A stretch of 64,000 nucleotides of DNA from Hydrolagus affinis (lineage: Eukaryota), in assembly GCA_012026655.1 (NCBI GenBank), contig JAAILG010001510.1, positions 1 to 64,000 on the forward strand. Direction: 5' to 3'. The notes under the pieces are model-generated. The model was not told the DNA's origin, searched no databases, and saw only the letters and a list, made by a program, of their open reading frames with translations. Positions 22,191 through 35,537 of the stretch are shown here, one piece after another. How positions within the stretch are numbered: the stretch's first letter is position 1; every line of letters starts with the position of its first letter. Made by a program: the position numbers and the translations under genes.

Positions 22191-24718
22191 ATTTCCCACA
22201 CTTAGATGCTATAACATAATTCCCTGGCAGCCACATGAGAGACAAAACTGTTTTCTCTTTTCTGCTAATTTTAAGTTTTATCTTCTATGTGCTTTAAATG
22301 TAATGTTCCGCAGACTGCAGTGGAACACAGGCTTACATCCACCTTAACAACGATTTTAACCATTTCCCTCATAAGCCACTTTTAATTTTTTTTAAAAAAA
22401 ATGCTAAGTACAAGCTCCTCTAATTCTGCCCTAGCTGAAGTGATGCTTAACAGTTTCTTTAGCTCGCATTGGTCATTAAAAGCTGTTGTGTATGCACCAT
22501 CTTTAATTTATTTTCTTAAATGCTTTGTTAGATTGTTTCCTCTGGTATATAATTGTGAAATAAAAGTGCCTCCACTGTTTCATTTCATTTTTTGCTTGTC
22601 CAACCTCAAAACAAAATGCAAAGTCAAGCATGGCATACTGATTTGGTGTGAGGGTTAGTGTCACTGTCAACTGTTCCTGTCTTTGGCACTGAATTGTATG
22701 CAGTCCAGGAAGTCAGGTCAGGCTAAGCTCCTGCAATGTAACCTCCAAGATCCACTTCGCCATTCATTATTCTTTTTGTAAGAAAATTATGCGATGATTT
22801 AAAAACGATAAATTATTGTTTGCAAGCAATGGAATTCTTTCGTTTTTTTTGTCATCTTTAGCAAGCAATCTGCCAATCAGCTCCTGCTCAGCAATCTGCC
22901 ACATATTGTAGAATTCTACCCTGCTATTAAGTATGAATTATGTTGATTGGGTCAAAAAAAACATAGGTGCGGCTAAATTCCTGTTTAAGTGGCTAACAAA
23001 ATCTGAGAGACTTCTGGAATTGACTGGGTTAGCAATCTATTTGCAAGAATCTTGATTAGTTACAAGGTATTCCCTGCACCTCACAATAATGTAACTTCTA
23101 CTGCTTTGTATGCTTGTGGCAACAATGAAAGGTCTGTGTATCCGAAATCTTTGTGACCAGTATTTCAGTTCTGGATGACAGGATATATACTTCCAAAGGG
23201 CTTGAGCAATGAAAGTGAGAAGTTTCATTGCCTTTGTAATCAGTTGCAACACCTTTGTTTCTCAAATTTGTAAGAATGACGTACGACGTTAAAACATTAA
23301 TGTGAAATCGCTTCAAAACCATAGGGCCAACATACCTCTGGCTGCCTGTTCAAAGACATGGCAATACAAGTTGCACCTGTACTAGACTAACTAGACTAAC
23401 ACAGGCTGTAAAGTACAGTAGGAGCATCTTTTGTGAATGATCAGATCGCTAATAGTACGGGGAATATTTACAGGAAACCTATACATGACAATTGGGAAAA
23501 CTTGAGTTGGAGTCATTCAGTGATATTGCTGTACTATCCTATAATACTGACTATTGTGTGTGAGAGCATTGAGGTAATTGCGAGTGGAGCATCAGAGATT
23601 TCATGGTGTGATGCCAGTGCACAAGAGCGAGTGAGGAAGCTATCCACATTCAAACTCATAGAGCATTGGAAGTGTAAAGCTAAGTTAGCTGATGTTCATT
23701 TTGGAGTTTGTCATCCTTCAATTATTCTTAAAATAAATGATCAGTTGTCCAAAATGACAACAGTCCAATGCTGTGCGACAGGCAACAGAAACTAAACTGA
23801 AAGGTCAACTAGGAGTTTTGTGACTGCAAATATCTGTATGAAAATAACAGCACCCGACTTGCTGAGCTAAAAACTGGGCAATGAGACCTTCAGGCACCTG
23901 TCTCCATCCTTAACTCCATGTTGAGGGAGTTTTGCTTCAATTTATTACTTTTATTCATTTCTCAGAACCTTTTGGGACAAAATATAACAAAATTACGCGA
24001 TCGCATAAATGGCCTTTCACAATAACAATAACCGGCTATTTTCTCCCCGTGAAAGATTTTGACATCTGTTCTTGAAGAGCACTAGTCGTGGAGGAATTGA
24101 TCCTCAGTTCGACCAGCCCCGTTTAAGCAAGCCAGCATTGTCACTAAAACCGTAGTGTAACATTTCGGGAACATTTCCAAGGTCAAATTGATCCTGCCTG
24201 TTTTCACGCAGGTCGTGATCAATCTAATTTCACCAGCCACAGGAATGCCAGGGCCAATACTCCTGTCTTTTTTTAAAAAAAAGCAAATTTACTTTTGAAG
24301 GCTTCAGAAAAAAGTTTGTATCCATCTGCTTGTTCAGACACTCATGGCGCCTATTCACTGCAAAAATAATACACGTTCTAATGACTTCCACATATTTTGA
24401 AATCTCCCTTTTGAAATTGTTCTTGGCAGATTATTTGCAGGTACTTGAGTTGCATCTGTTTGTAATTTTGCAAATGCGGAAGGCTTTAATGTTGAGGGCT
24501 GTGCGAAGACTATTTTAATCCTCAAATAACATTGGCTGTCATCGAAAGCCACATTTATCTTTCGGAAGGCGGGGTGAATGTTTAATGTTAAAAAGACAGT
24601 AAAAGTTCAGGGTCAAGGTTGAGATCTGCACATTTCCCTTTCACAATATTGTGCCTGCTGCTTTGTCGGCCTTGCATTTCTTTGCTATTCCTCCCATTTC
24701 ACCGTGCCTCCTAAATAG

Positions 24719-24750
24719 GGGATGTTTTGCTGATAAACCAAGATCAGGAG
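24719..24750 (+). other. Candidate 32-nt exon
   Basis: Pyrimidine-rich, AG-free stretch 24624-24716, acceptor TAG (AG 24717-24718), strong donor GAG|GTGAGT at 24750/24751. Confidence 0.4.
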
Positions 24751-26647
24751 GTGAGTAAAGCTGCAATAATTGTGCTTCAATCTACTGTTACACTTATTGC
24801 TACCATGTGCCTAGCAGCTGACCAACTTAAGCTGTTTTTCTTTTAAACTTTTAATTCTGAACTGACTTGTCCTACATGGATTTAAAGGGCAGCTTTCTCT
24901 ACATTCTATAATTTTGGAGGTGATTGCTTTTAAATCAATCAGATTTGACACTAAATAAAGTTATTTCAATGATCCTTAAACATTGAATATAAACCCCAGC
25001 TTTCAGAAATGACAGTTAAAAAGATACAGTCTTCAACTTTTGCGCAATTTGAAAGGTTTATTTAAACAGTAATGTTAGAAGATTATTTTGAGGCAAGACG
25101 AAAGAACTGAGACATAACTACCTACATCTTGAGTCCTTATTAAGCTCTTTTCATGCATATTGAACTCAAATCAGTCTGTTTAATGGTGACTCCTAAAGCT
25201 AAAAGGCCACCCATCTCGGAGTCTCTGGAGATGATGAACCCGGCAAGTGAATGCTTTCTTAAATGATGCTAATCAGTCCAGAGACGCCTGGCCTCTATCC
25301 CTGTCAGTATTCTGTAATTCGCTTGTGCTGATAACCTAGAATTGAATGTGTCAGTATGTTGCCTTGTAAGTAGGGGGAAAAGAATACAGGAAAGAGAAAG
25401 GAGGAGGTTAATTTAACACCGAGTCCTAGCCATGAGAAAGTTGTGAGCAAAAGCGCTAATAATAGCTGTGATGTATTTATAGTGAATTATGTATTTTGCC
25501 ATTGTGCATAATAAGGGGCCATTTTAATAAACATGCCCCTGACACAGAGAAGTTCTCCATGTAATAAGCAGAGGGTGAATTCTACTTTTTCCATGCTGAC
25601 AATCTGCAGAGGGAGCGCATATATGTACCGAAAGGTATTTAGAAATGCAACTTCATAGTTGTCAGATTTTATTATACAAGGAGGTGTCATGTTTGTTACA
25701 ACACTGAGTACAGATGGCAGAGTGGAAGAAATGGATCACTAATTTTAAAAATGATTAATGAACGAAGCTGGAATATGAATTAGAAAGGATGATTGGGAGC
25801 ACGAGTGGCTTTATGCAAAAATCCTTGTTCTCTTCTGCCGAGTTTCATGCCACAAAGTGATGGTTTTTGACACGATTAGGTTATGGACATCTGGAGTTTT
25901 AATCTTACGGCGGATTTATCGGGAGATGGGTGGTCAAGGTGAAAGCATTGATTGATATTGATAGATTTCAAGCCATTTGGGAGGATTTCGTATTAGTTAT
26001 CCTCTTGATTTTAGCTGGAAAACATGATTTTAGCTGGTCACACAGTAAAAATCTTTGGCATGAATGGCAGTCGTGCAATTGTAACGGCGCCACAACATTG
26101 TACAGTTAGATTCGCTAAGAATAAATTCAACCGTTTGCCACTTGGTCCAATAACTCTTCATTGTTACATCACCTGTGTTGAGGAAATCAGCATGTTTCAC
26201 ACGACGGTTGATCATGAGAGAATTAATGATAAACAACTTAAATGTGATCAGCATCAGATCATCACTGCAAGGCATGAAGCAGGCGGCATTTTAAAATCTG
26301 TGGCTCAAATTTGACGACGCACACACAGATAGACATGCTGGTTCACCTGATGATCTGTAAGGTGCCGCTGAGCGGAAAGTTAAGTTGCTCGGCAGTGTTA
26401 AAGACAAACGCCAGACTTGAATAATGTGTTACAGTGTCACAGTAATCAGAGGACAATGGGGGGCTCAATAACACGAGCAGTGGTCCACCTGTCACCCAAA
26501 GACAGGGTCGCGGATTTAACTGCCCGTCACTTAAAGGGGACAGGAACTCTAGTGCTACATTGTAAGTTCTTAGCTCCAAGATGAGTTTTGAGTATTTCAT
26601 TTCTTTCTGATAAATATTTTTCTTCTCTTAGTGAAACCTAAATAAAC

Positions 26648-26750
26648 AAATACATAGTCACTGCACTTTCTCGGAAACTCCAGTAAAGTTATTCAAAACG
26701 TTTTGATGACGTGTTAAGGCACCGTATCAAATGCGGGATCATTATTATTA
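26648..26750 (+). mobile_element. SINE 3' tail fragment
   Basis: aaatacatagtcactgcactt...gacgtgttaaggcaccgtatcaaatgcgggatcattattatta. Confidence 0.6.
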
Positions 26751-29665
26751 CTTTTTAAAAAAAAAGAATACGGCATTTTGCTGAGTCGAAGGCACCATTT
26801 GACAGTGGCCCCAACTTAATAGCCCTCTTCACTACTTCTGCCACTCCACTTCCCTTTTGCTTCTGTTTTCAAGGCTTGACTTTAACCTTCTTTACCACTG
26901 ATCACCCTCCTCCAGGAAACTTCTGAGTTAAGCTTGTGTGTCCCTAATTGGCAGAAAGTTTTGTTGGTTTCCAACCAGGCTACTGAATGGAGCACAACAT
27001 TGGAGTGACGCACATTCTGTTAGAGGCAGGGGGTGGAGGCGAAATGCTGCTGCAAGTGTAAAATACTTTTTGTTGGCTGATCACGCCTGAGTTGGTGGTA
27101 GATTGCTCAGCTTGTGTTGTTGGAGCCCTGGCTGATGGAATTGAAGGCTGCATATAATGAGGAGCAGCTCTTGAGGGAATTGGAAGGATTTATAGAAGAA
27201 TGGACAATACTGGAAAATATGACTTGTTTAAAAAAAAAACTAGTTTCTTATTTTCCCCATTAACAGTTTTACTCCACTCTTCTACAATAAGCAGATAGCG
27301 AATTATTTGGACTTGTGAAAGCTGCACCAAGTCACTGGCACGTCCCACCCTCCCCTCCATCACTATAGATTATATCACTTTGACAAAGCATCCAACCAAG
27401 TCAATTGAAAAGTGCTGAAGCTCGATGCCGTCTGGGTTTGGTGAATTCAAGTTGCAAGCATTGCTGGTACCCAATAGTAAAATAAAAAGAGAAACTAATG
27501 GTACGTGGCCATTGCTTAGGTTATGTATGGTGTCTGTTTATCTCCAACAATGAGAAAAACATACACATTTCAGCTGCTTTGCGGACAAGGAGGGAAAAAA
27601 CTCCTGGGAGCCAATTTGGAAAGTGACTTAAGGCAAGCAAAGCTTTTCGTGTCTGTTTCTTTTGGCACAGTGTAGAAATAGCAGCGGTGATTGGAATTCC
27701 CCAGCAAGCACAAAGGGTGGCCTGCTTCGAGACCTGCATCTGTGCAGATTTGTGCAGTGAGCTGCTCTCACTTGCTGTAACCAGCTGGGTATATGTAAGG
27801 GACGTTACACACTGACACCAAGCTGAGGGAAGCACCTCTCACAATTCCACTGATCTATTTGTTCCATTATTGTTCTTCTGTTCCCACAGCACTATTCTCC
27901 CATTTACTGATTGCTTTCTGTTGCTTTGCGCTTTGTTGTTTTTCACAGCACTAAGAGATTACAGGCTGTGAAAGCTGTATTTAAGATGTAATCCTTGGCT
28001 TCAGAACATCTCGTTCAAGATACCTCAGCTTTCTACAAAATGCCTCCTCAACCCTTTTTTGTTTAAAAAATGGTTTATTCTAAGTGTTTGAAGCAACATA
28101 AAATAGCAGCATTATCAACTGTTCTGAAGCTAGTCACAGCAAACCTACAGAACTCCTACTCCTCACTGGAGGACGAGGGTTAACAATGCAGTGGCGTATG
28201 TTGGCCACAGAGTGTTAGATCTTTTCTTTTTCTTGTTGATCCTTTTAAAGTGAAATACGTATTAGTTTGATTAATTATTGAACTGTTTGATGTGCTTTGA
28301 TTATTTTGTTTTAATGCAGCCTCTCAAACTACCACGTTAGGTTTTCAGCTGTAAACTAACTTTCAGTTGTAAAGTTACGCCGGCTTGCAACAGCACAGTT
28401 TATGTGACAGATTACTGTAGTACCAGCCTGCTATCTTCCATCTATCGAAGAAGAATGCAATAAACACAGTCTCAAATGTTCCTTAAACAAAGCTGTTGTT
28501 AATGTTAGAAATGGAATGCAGGGATTTTGTTTTACTCGAGTGAGTGGCCAAAATAGGAGACAAAACAGTTTCTGTGAATGTTCTTTATTGGAGTGGAGCT
28601 AGAATGGAGAAGAATGAAGCTTGTCGGATTTACCAGGCATGATAGGCAGCCACTGATCGCCTTACTCGAGTATCCAATATTAATCAGAATCCTATGGGAT
28701 ACTTTGGGGTGTTTCGGAACAAATGTTATAGGTTCTTACGGGGCTAAGTTCTAAATCCCGAGAAAATGTATCTGTTAAGGAAACCAGAAGTTGTAAACTT
28801 CGGTGCATATTTGAGACTGAACGATTCAGTGCTGAAACATTAGTCTCGTTCTCAGGTCGTGGAAATGTCACTTAGCAGAGACGATGTGATACGCATTCTT
28901 ATTTAGAAATAGAGAAAAGGTTAACCTATCAGGCAGAGCTCCTGCTGATGTTTCATATTTATGGACTGGCACAGGTGATGTGAAGGTACGTACAGCACAC
29001 AAATCAAACTCTTTATAGTCATTGATTTTGGAATTCATAATCTGCTCGTTTCTTCAAACAATCGCTGGCCTTCCCAAGACCAATTTCACGGTCTAGACCT
29101 AATGAAGGCGGCCACCTTTAATTTACTTGATAGGCAAAAATAAGACACCAAAGAACAATCATCCTGCATGTGATTTCATTTCCAAATCGACTCTTGACTG
29201 CCAAAGACATCTGCATCAGGAGTAGAACGGAACTCAAGGAGACAGTGAGAAAACAGAGGTGACACTGTAAACAGGTGCACTCATTATTCGTAAAGATTGT
29301 AGCAATATATTTAGAGCTGTTGGAGTGATGATAGGTCATGTGGCAGGTAGGTGAGTTATCTATTTGCATCATCTGACTGCTGGATTCTACCGCTGGTACA
29401 GATCATTATTTAAAAATGCAGCTCGCCTGAGCAATTGTGCATGCAGAACTAAGCGTCTAGGTGGCAACATAGTTTTGCTTTTAGGACCCAAAACACCTTA
29501 TTCAGGTTCTTAAATTAGTTGGGTTCTGGTTTCAGTCCTTCACAAAGCCTTTGTCATTGCTAAAATAATTACGTTTCTATTTTTTCCAAATCGTTTTATA
29601 AATTTAGATCAATTTATATATACATTCTAAATGATACCATATTGTTCACCTACAAATAATAGCAG

Positions 29666-29728
29666 TCATAATGCTCACATTGATACAGTGTCCTTCGCGT
29701 CGGGAGGACATCTCAAAGCACTTCAAAA
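29666..29728 (-). mobile_element. SINE/L2 tail fragment
   Basis: cattgatacagtgtccttcgcgtcgggaggacatctcaaagcacttca. Confidence 0.55.
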
Positions 29729-29974
29729 GGTACCTAAGTTGTGCGTTTTTTTTAAAGTCTTCTTTATTAGCAAATCCCATTCTAATTCCCCTCAACCTTC
29801 TATGGAAGTAGATTATCTCAGAGCAATAACTCTGTAGTTTGGTTGATGTACTTCCAGTCATTGGAAGGAGTTACCATTTGGGTAACTCAGATTCCTCATG
29901 CAGAATTTCCTTTAGGAATAATCGCAAAATAAACCCTGATGCTACTTGTGCTGAACGATGATCTTGTACCATAA

Positions 29975-30202
29975 ATAAAAACAAAAGTAGCTGGGAGCAC
30001 TCAGGAGTTCAGGCATGCACCCATGGAGAGAGAAAAAGTGAGTTAACATTTAGGGTTGAAACTTCCTCCAATCCTGAGAAAAGGTCATAGGCCTGAAACA
30101 TTAACCCACTTTCCTCTCTGTAGATGCTGCCTGACCTGCTGAGTGTTCCCAGCTACTTCTGTATTTCAGATGTTCAGCATCTGCAATATTTTGCCTTTTG
30201 TT
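29975..30202. mobile_element. Penelope-like element remnant forming an inverted repeat
   Basis: Arms 29981-30054 and 30092-30162 are imperfect reverse complements. The sequence gatgctgcctgacctgctgagt...tatttcaga...cagcatctgca is the Penelope-type terminal repeat I recall as abundant in chondrichthyans. Confidence 0.75.
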
Positions 30203-31129
30203 TAATGATTTTCTACCATTTGATGTACAGCTTTTTTTTTGCATTGTCCACCTGGTCAGTCCCTATTCTGGTTTCTAATATTTCCTCAATAGATTATATA
30301 CTTACATCAATTAAGTCCTAACAAGATGTCTGTGTAACTCTCTGATATATTAAACATTCTTTTGTTTGTGGTCCCAGAGTAGGAATTTTCTGATACTTAA
30401 ATTGCTTAGGCTATCTTTCCATATAAACCATTATGGTTTCAAAAATTGGCAAAATCAAAGCTTTGGTCGTAATTTTCTTTTTTTTAAATTTCTAGCGGAA
30501 TTCAAATTTAAAAAAAAACCTTCAAATATTTAGAAAATCTATAGGATAATGTATATCATGGAGTTTGTTACAAGGCGACTGATGGGCTGAGATAAGTAAG
30601 AGGCTTAAGTGGCTTGTTAACATTAACTAAACCCAAATCCTATAACCTGGATTATGCTTTATTATATGTGAATGTTGTGGGCTGGCTTGATTTGGTTTTC
30701 GCTGTTGTTTTAGTGGCAGTGGGAGGTATGGTGGGTAGCAACAGATAGTAGATTCTCTCTGTCAAATTGCTTGATTTAAAAAAGGATGCTATCAAATTTC
30801 ATAACATTCGTGGTAGAATCCTGACTTGCCTTTGGGCATGGAATGGGAGTCGAGGCCACAATGTACATTGTCCTAAGAAAAGGTTTAGGAATCCAATCGA
30901 ATCCCAGCATAAAAACTTCTAAAATCGTAACTGTTTCTCCCAATGGTATACAGTTACCTGTGATTGTGCTGATCCCTAAAGACTTGAAGCTGCAGATTTG
31001 AGTACTAGTCTGTGCCCAGTTAATTATTCCAGCAGGGCAGCAGGCAGGTCTCTATCCAGTGATACATGCAAGAAAGTGAGGGCCTTCGATGATGATTGTA
31101 TCAGGCTTGAGTGTGATACCCTATTAGCT

Positions 31130-31362
31130 AGTACCAAATTGAACAGGAAGTTCAGGAGGAAATTGTTTACGCAGAGGGAGTGATAATGTAGAACTCATGG
31201 CCGGAAGTTGTGGTTGAAGCAAAACACAATCCCATATTTAAGCGGAAACGTCATGCATACATGAGGTAGAAGGGAATAGAGAGGTAGGTGAGAGGAAATA
31301 AACACTGGCATGGACTAGTTGGACAAAATGGCCTGTTTCCGTGCTGTATCAATCTGTGTAAT
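31130..31362 (+). mobile_element. CR1 LINE 3' fragment
   Basis: aggaaattgtttacgcagaggg...gtggttgaagca...atttaagcggaaac...ataaacactggcatggactagttggacaaaatggcctgtttccgtgctgta: CR1 ORF2 end (F.QR motif) plus 3' UTR. Confidence 0.8.
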
Positions 31363-33142
31363 GTTCAAATCGGATGTCAACACTCCACTCACTGTCTATG
31401 CTCACACGGGACAAAGAGATACTTGGGAAAGGTTCTGGAGAGTGCTTGGGATCTTGAAACCGTACCCTTTTGAGAGTCAGCTCCTTCAGCAGAGGAGGTG
31501 AGAAAATTAGTTAAAAGAGCTTCTAAAATGTTTACACATAAAAGTTCTTGTTGCTCCAGAGACATGGGCCCATCTTAATCAAGAGTAAACATTAAAACCG
31601 GACCAGCATGTTGCGCGGAACTCACTCAGCCCCTGGCAACAGTGATTTGTTTTCTGCTCAAAATCCTTCAAGCGCTGAAAGCGTTGCAGAAATGTTGCAG
31701 TAGGGGTGTTATCAGTCTCAATTACACGTACACGTAGAGAAGGAAACTGGCATTGTAGCTGTGTGACTATGGCACTGAATGGTGGCATGCAAGAAAGATT
31801 TATTAATGCGGAAATGAAAAAGTGCGCACTTCAGTGGCAAATCATTTACGTTTTTTTTAAAGCAGCAAAGCATCATTACGAAGTAATGAAATTAGAGATA
31901 TGAAAATTTCATTCAAAAAAATTAGACAAGAACTTGCTTTTCAGAGAAGTAGATACAAATGACAGAACAAATAAGCCTGACTTTAATTATTAAGCGTCAC
32001 AAAGCAAAAAGCTGGCCTGTCATCAATTTTTGTCGAGAATATTTAATTACTATGGATGTCAAGATAAGCTGTTGGAGTTGGTATTTAAGGAAAAGTCCAG
32101 TGCTGTAAGATCGAGGGGAGAGTGAGTGTGGAACTGTAGATAATGCCTGAGTGTCGCCTTCACTAAGGTTGCTTTGTACTCTGTTTCCACTTCCAGCAGT
32201 TTTCAAGATCAGCCTTAACTTTATGCATTCTTTCTCCTATCTATCACTACCTCACCATCATGCTAAGGTGCTGTGCTATGTATCGGGGTGTTATGCTGTG
32301 TGTCTCTCACCAAACGCGGCTGATCTTTCTCTCTTTGTCTTTCACCAGGTGCAGTTCTTGCTCTCAACCCTTTCCTTCACTCAAGTCTTTTTTCCTGTAA
32401 GTCATTTTCCCACTTTCAGAAACAGTCCAGGCTTTGACTATTATTCTGTTAGAGTTATCAAAGTAACTTTTGGACATTAAAACAAATCTGTGACCCAGTG
32501 GGGATAATAATCCTTTTTTAATATTTCTGTGTCTTGTGGCAAAACATTAACCTTAGCCATTATGTGAAATGATTGAAAATGACTTTATTTCCTAAAACTA
32601 CACAGCAGCCTCACAGCTGAGATTAATCAGCAATTCACATGATTAATGTCTCATTGTACTACACTTTTACCTTTGATTCCAATGCAAAAATGCCCCAGAA
32701 TCGACGCTGAAAACACAGCATAAATCCCTTCAGCAGCACGCACCACCAAATTGATCTGTGAGTCAGGTTGGCCAGCCAATCCACCAGGAGGTCTCAGAAG
32801 AAAAGCAATTTGCAGTCAATTCCAAATCTCCAACCCCTGCCCGTCCGCCTCCCATGAATGCTCACACGCCTTCCAAAACTTTGAAAATAAAAACAAAATT
32901 GTAATTTCTATCTTCCAGCAGTGGCCTCAGTCCCCCATCTTTAAATACAAATTACATAAATTTCTCTTTTTTAAATAATACATTTTGGAGATAGAGGACA
33001 TGAGTAATTTGAGACATCACATATAATGAGTGTAATACTTGTAGTATGGCTTGGAAGAACCGGGCAACTTTGGATCTAAGCTTCTCAAGGCTTTCCACTC
33101 TATTGTCAACATCTCCATTATTATAGCATGCGACTAACAATA

Positions 33143-33200
33143 TGGTGGAAGCTGAACTAGATGGACCTTGGATTTTTTTGTCTAGCAATTCCAATGTTCC
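33143..33200 (+). mobile_element. CR1 3'-terminal fragment
   Basis: ggtggaagctgaactagatggaccttggatttttttgtctagcaattccaatgttc resembles 21031-21102. Confidence 0.6.
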
Positions 33201-33671
33201 AATTAACGTAACTATTTCACGAGCTTTCCGCATATGTGTTAATCATCACCCTCACACCTCGATATCTCTACAGTTGGGTACACATGGAGAAATCTCTGAA
33301 GTTATTTCATGCTGTTTAGTACAAGAGGACAAATAAATATCTGTTTCCATCGATCTCAAGCCAGTTGTGATATTGCAGTACCTTCAGCAGTGTAAGTGAG
33401 GGATTAGAAGGGTTGAAAGAATGCCCTTAGGGCTCTATACCTCGCTGCTGTGATACCTTTAAAAACACGCTGGACATTTTGTGCACTCAGTTATATGTTA
33501 GTGGCTCAGTATACTGGCCTGCAGAGCATATGAATTCCTCAAGAGATGGAGACCGAATCGTGACCCTTGCACCAATCAGGAAGAAAGCTGATGATATGTC
33601 ACTTTTGGTTGTATGGTTATAGAACAGGTTTGTTGAAAGTGTTGGAGCCAGATTCAGCTGGGGAATGGCCT

Positions 33672-33735
33672 ACAAATATGCAGTCACTCCACTGTAAATC
33701 TTGTAAAAGTGCTGCATCAAATGCAAGGATTATTA
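33672..33735 (+). mobile_element. SINE tail fragment with an internal deletion
   Basis: acaaatatgcagtcactccactg...gtaaaagtgctgcatcaaatgcaaggattatta. Confidence 0.6.
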
Positions 33736-35430
33736 ATGCAAGCCATAATGTTTTTAATGGATGCAATCTTTCTTCAATCAGAGGTTAAGTGGGCAGCAAT
33801 GGATCTGTGAAATAAGAAAGCAGACATTGAAAGAAAGAGAAAAATGAATTAATGAACGGAGGTTAGGAGAACTTGGCTGCTGCCCTTTTTCTGTAGTATT
33901 CCTCTTTGGGGATTGTCTTGCTTCCTTTTAATGTCTCCTTAATACAGTAGATAGAAGTTTGTTTGAGAATTACAAGATAATTGTCCTGGAGCAATGTGTA
34001 CCTCCTTCAAAGCTACCCTGTTTAACATTGATAACTGATGGGCCCCCCCCACCCCTCGCAAATCCAACACCCAGCTCGGGTGAATTCCTCGACTATCCAG
34101 CACCTTGAGACATCATCTGACATGAAAGACTCTACAATTAAATATATTGTTATTGTCGATTTGCCACTTCCCATGAGCTATGGTCATGTCATTTTTTTAA
34201 CAGTAGTATTATGGGGGTGGGATGCCATTGTAAATGATCAAATATGAATGCTCACAAATGCTAACAAAATATAAGGTGCATTGGGACAATGTTCAAGATG
34301 TCCAATGTTAGTTTACACTTATTTGGTTGAATTTAAAACAATACTTGTTAATTTTACACAATCTACAGATTTTAAAGCGTGGCATATTGCAAAGAATGGA
34401 TAGAGCAGAAATAGAATCAGTTTGGCAATGCTGGGTCATTATTCTGTACACTTTCTGATTCCGAAATATTGCTGGTTCAAACCGGGAATGAGAGCTAATT
34501 TCCAGCTGCAATGAGTGTCTTAACTTCCTTACTTATGCTCTATGTCCCCTTTGCCGGCCTATCTCTCACCAAGAGAGTGTGAGAAAGCTGCATGAAACAG
34601 CTACCCCATTGGACTCATGCACACTAACTCCTTTAAATTTGAAATCAATTCTTCCAGTGCTAGGATTTTCCAAGAGGAGATTGATCCATTCCCTAAGAAT
34701 CTGCGGGATTTATTCTTTAACAGTCTTGGCTAGGAATGAGGACAAGGACAGAATCTGATCATGCGCTTTCTCAACGTACATCATTTTCTAATATGTATAA
34801 CAATACTATTACAGCTTGAGATCTCATGGTATGTTATTCTGATATGACTGGAACAAGACATGGCAATCTCTGCAGGTACGGTTGATGCCCATTACTTCAC
34901 TTTGCTGTCAGGATAGCTGCAATTACAAGTGTTACAAAGCTCTATATTAGGGTCCATTTGGTCGTGACTTTATGTAGTATTTTCCCACAAAAAAAACTCA
35001 TGAATAGTGCAAAGAAAATTTCTTTTGGATACCAAAGTAATTCAGGCTTTGAAGTCTTATGCTATTGTTTCCGTATTTCAAACACCAGCTGTCCTGTTAA
35101 ATTCATGCACCCTTTAGCCCCGTACAACAATTATATGGTGTAAGGAAGGTAAATATGTTTTTTTTTAAAAAGATTAAAAAAAATTTTTTGCACTGATGTG
35201 TGGTCACAAAACATTGCCATTATGATAAATGATAGCCGTAAATGTTAGACAGGCAGTGAGATTGCAATTTAGTACACTAACTTTAATCCTCAAACAGAAT
35301 TATTTATTCTTTCCACTGAATATTATATTTTGATTCACTTGTGTTTTTGCTGCTTTCATTATGTTTATAGTTATGATTTATAATTTTTAAAAAATAATTA
35401 TTTTAAAATATTTTTTCAAAAATATTTACT

Positions 35431-35537
35431 CGCCTACAAAATATACAGTCAATTCACTTTACATTATATTCTAGGAAGCGATTTGAGACATCTCAAAGAC
35501 ATGATATGGTGCCATATTAATTGTGAGGATTATTATA
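35431..35537 (+). mobile_element. tRNA-SINE 3' fragment
   Basis: atatacagtcaattcactttacattatattctaggaagcgatttgagacatctc...aggattatta. Confidence 0.8.
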
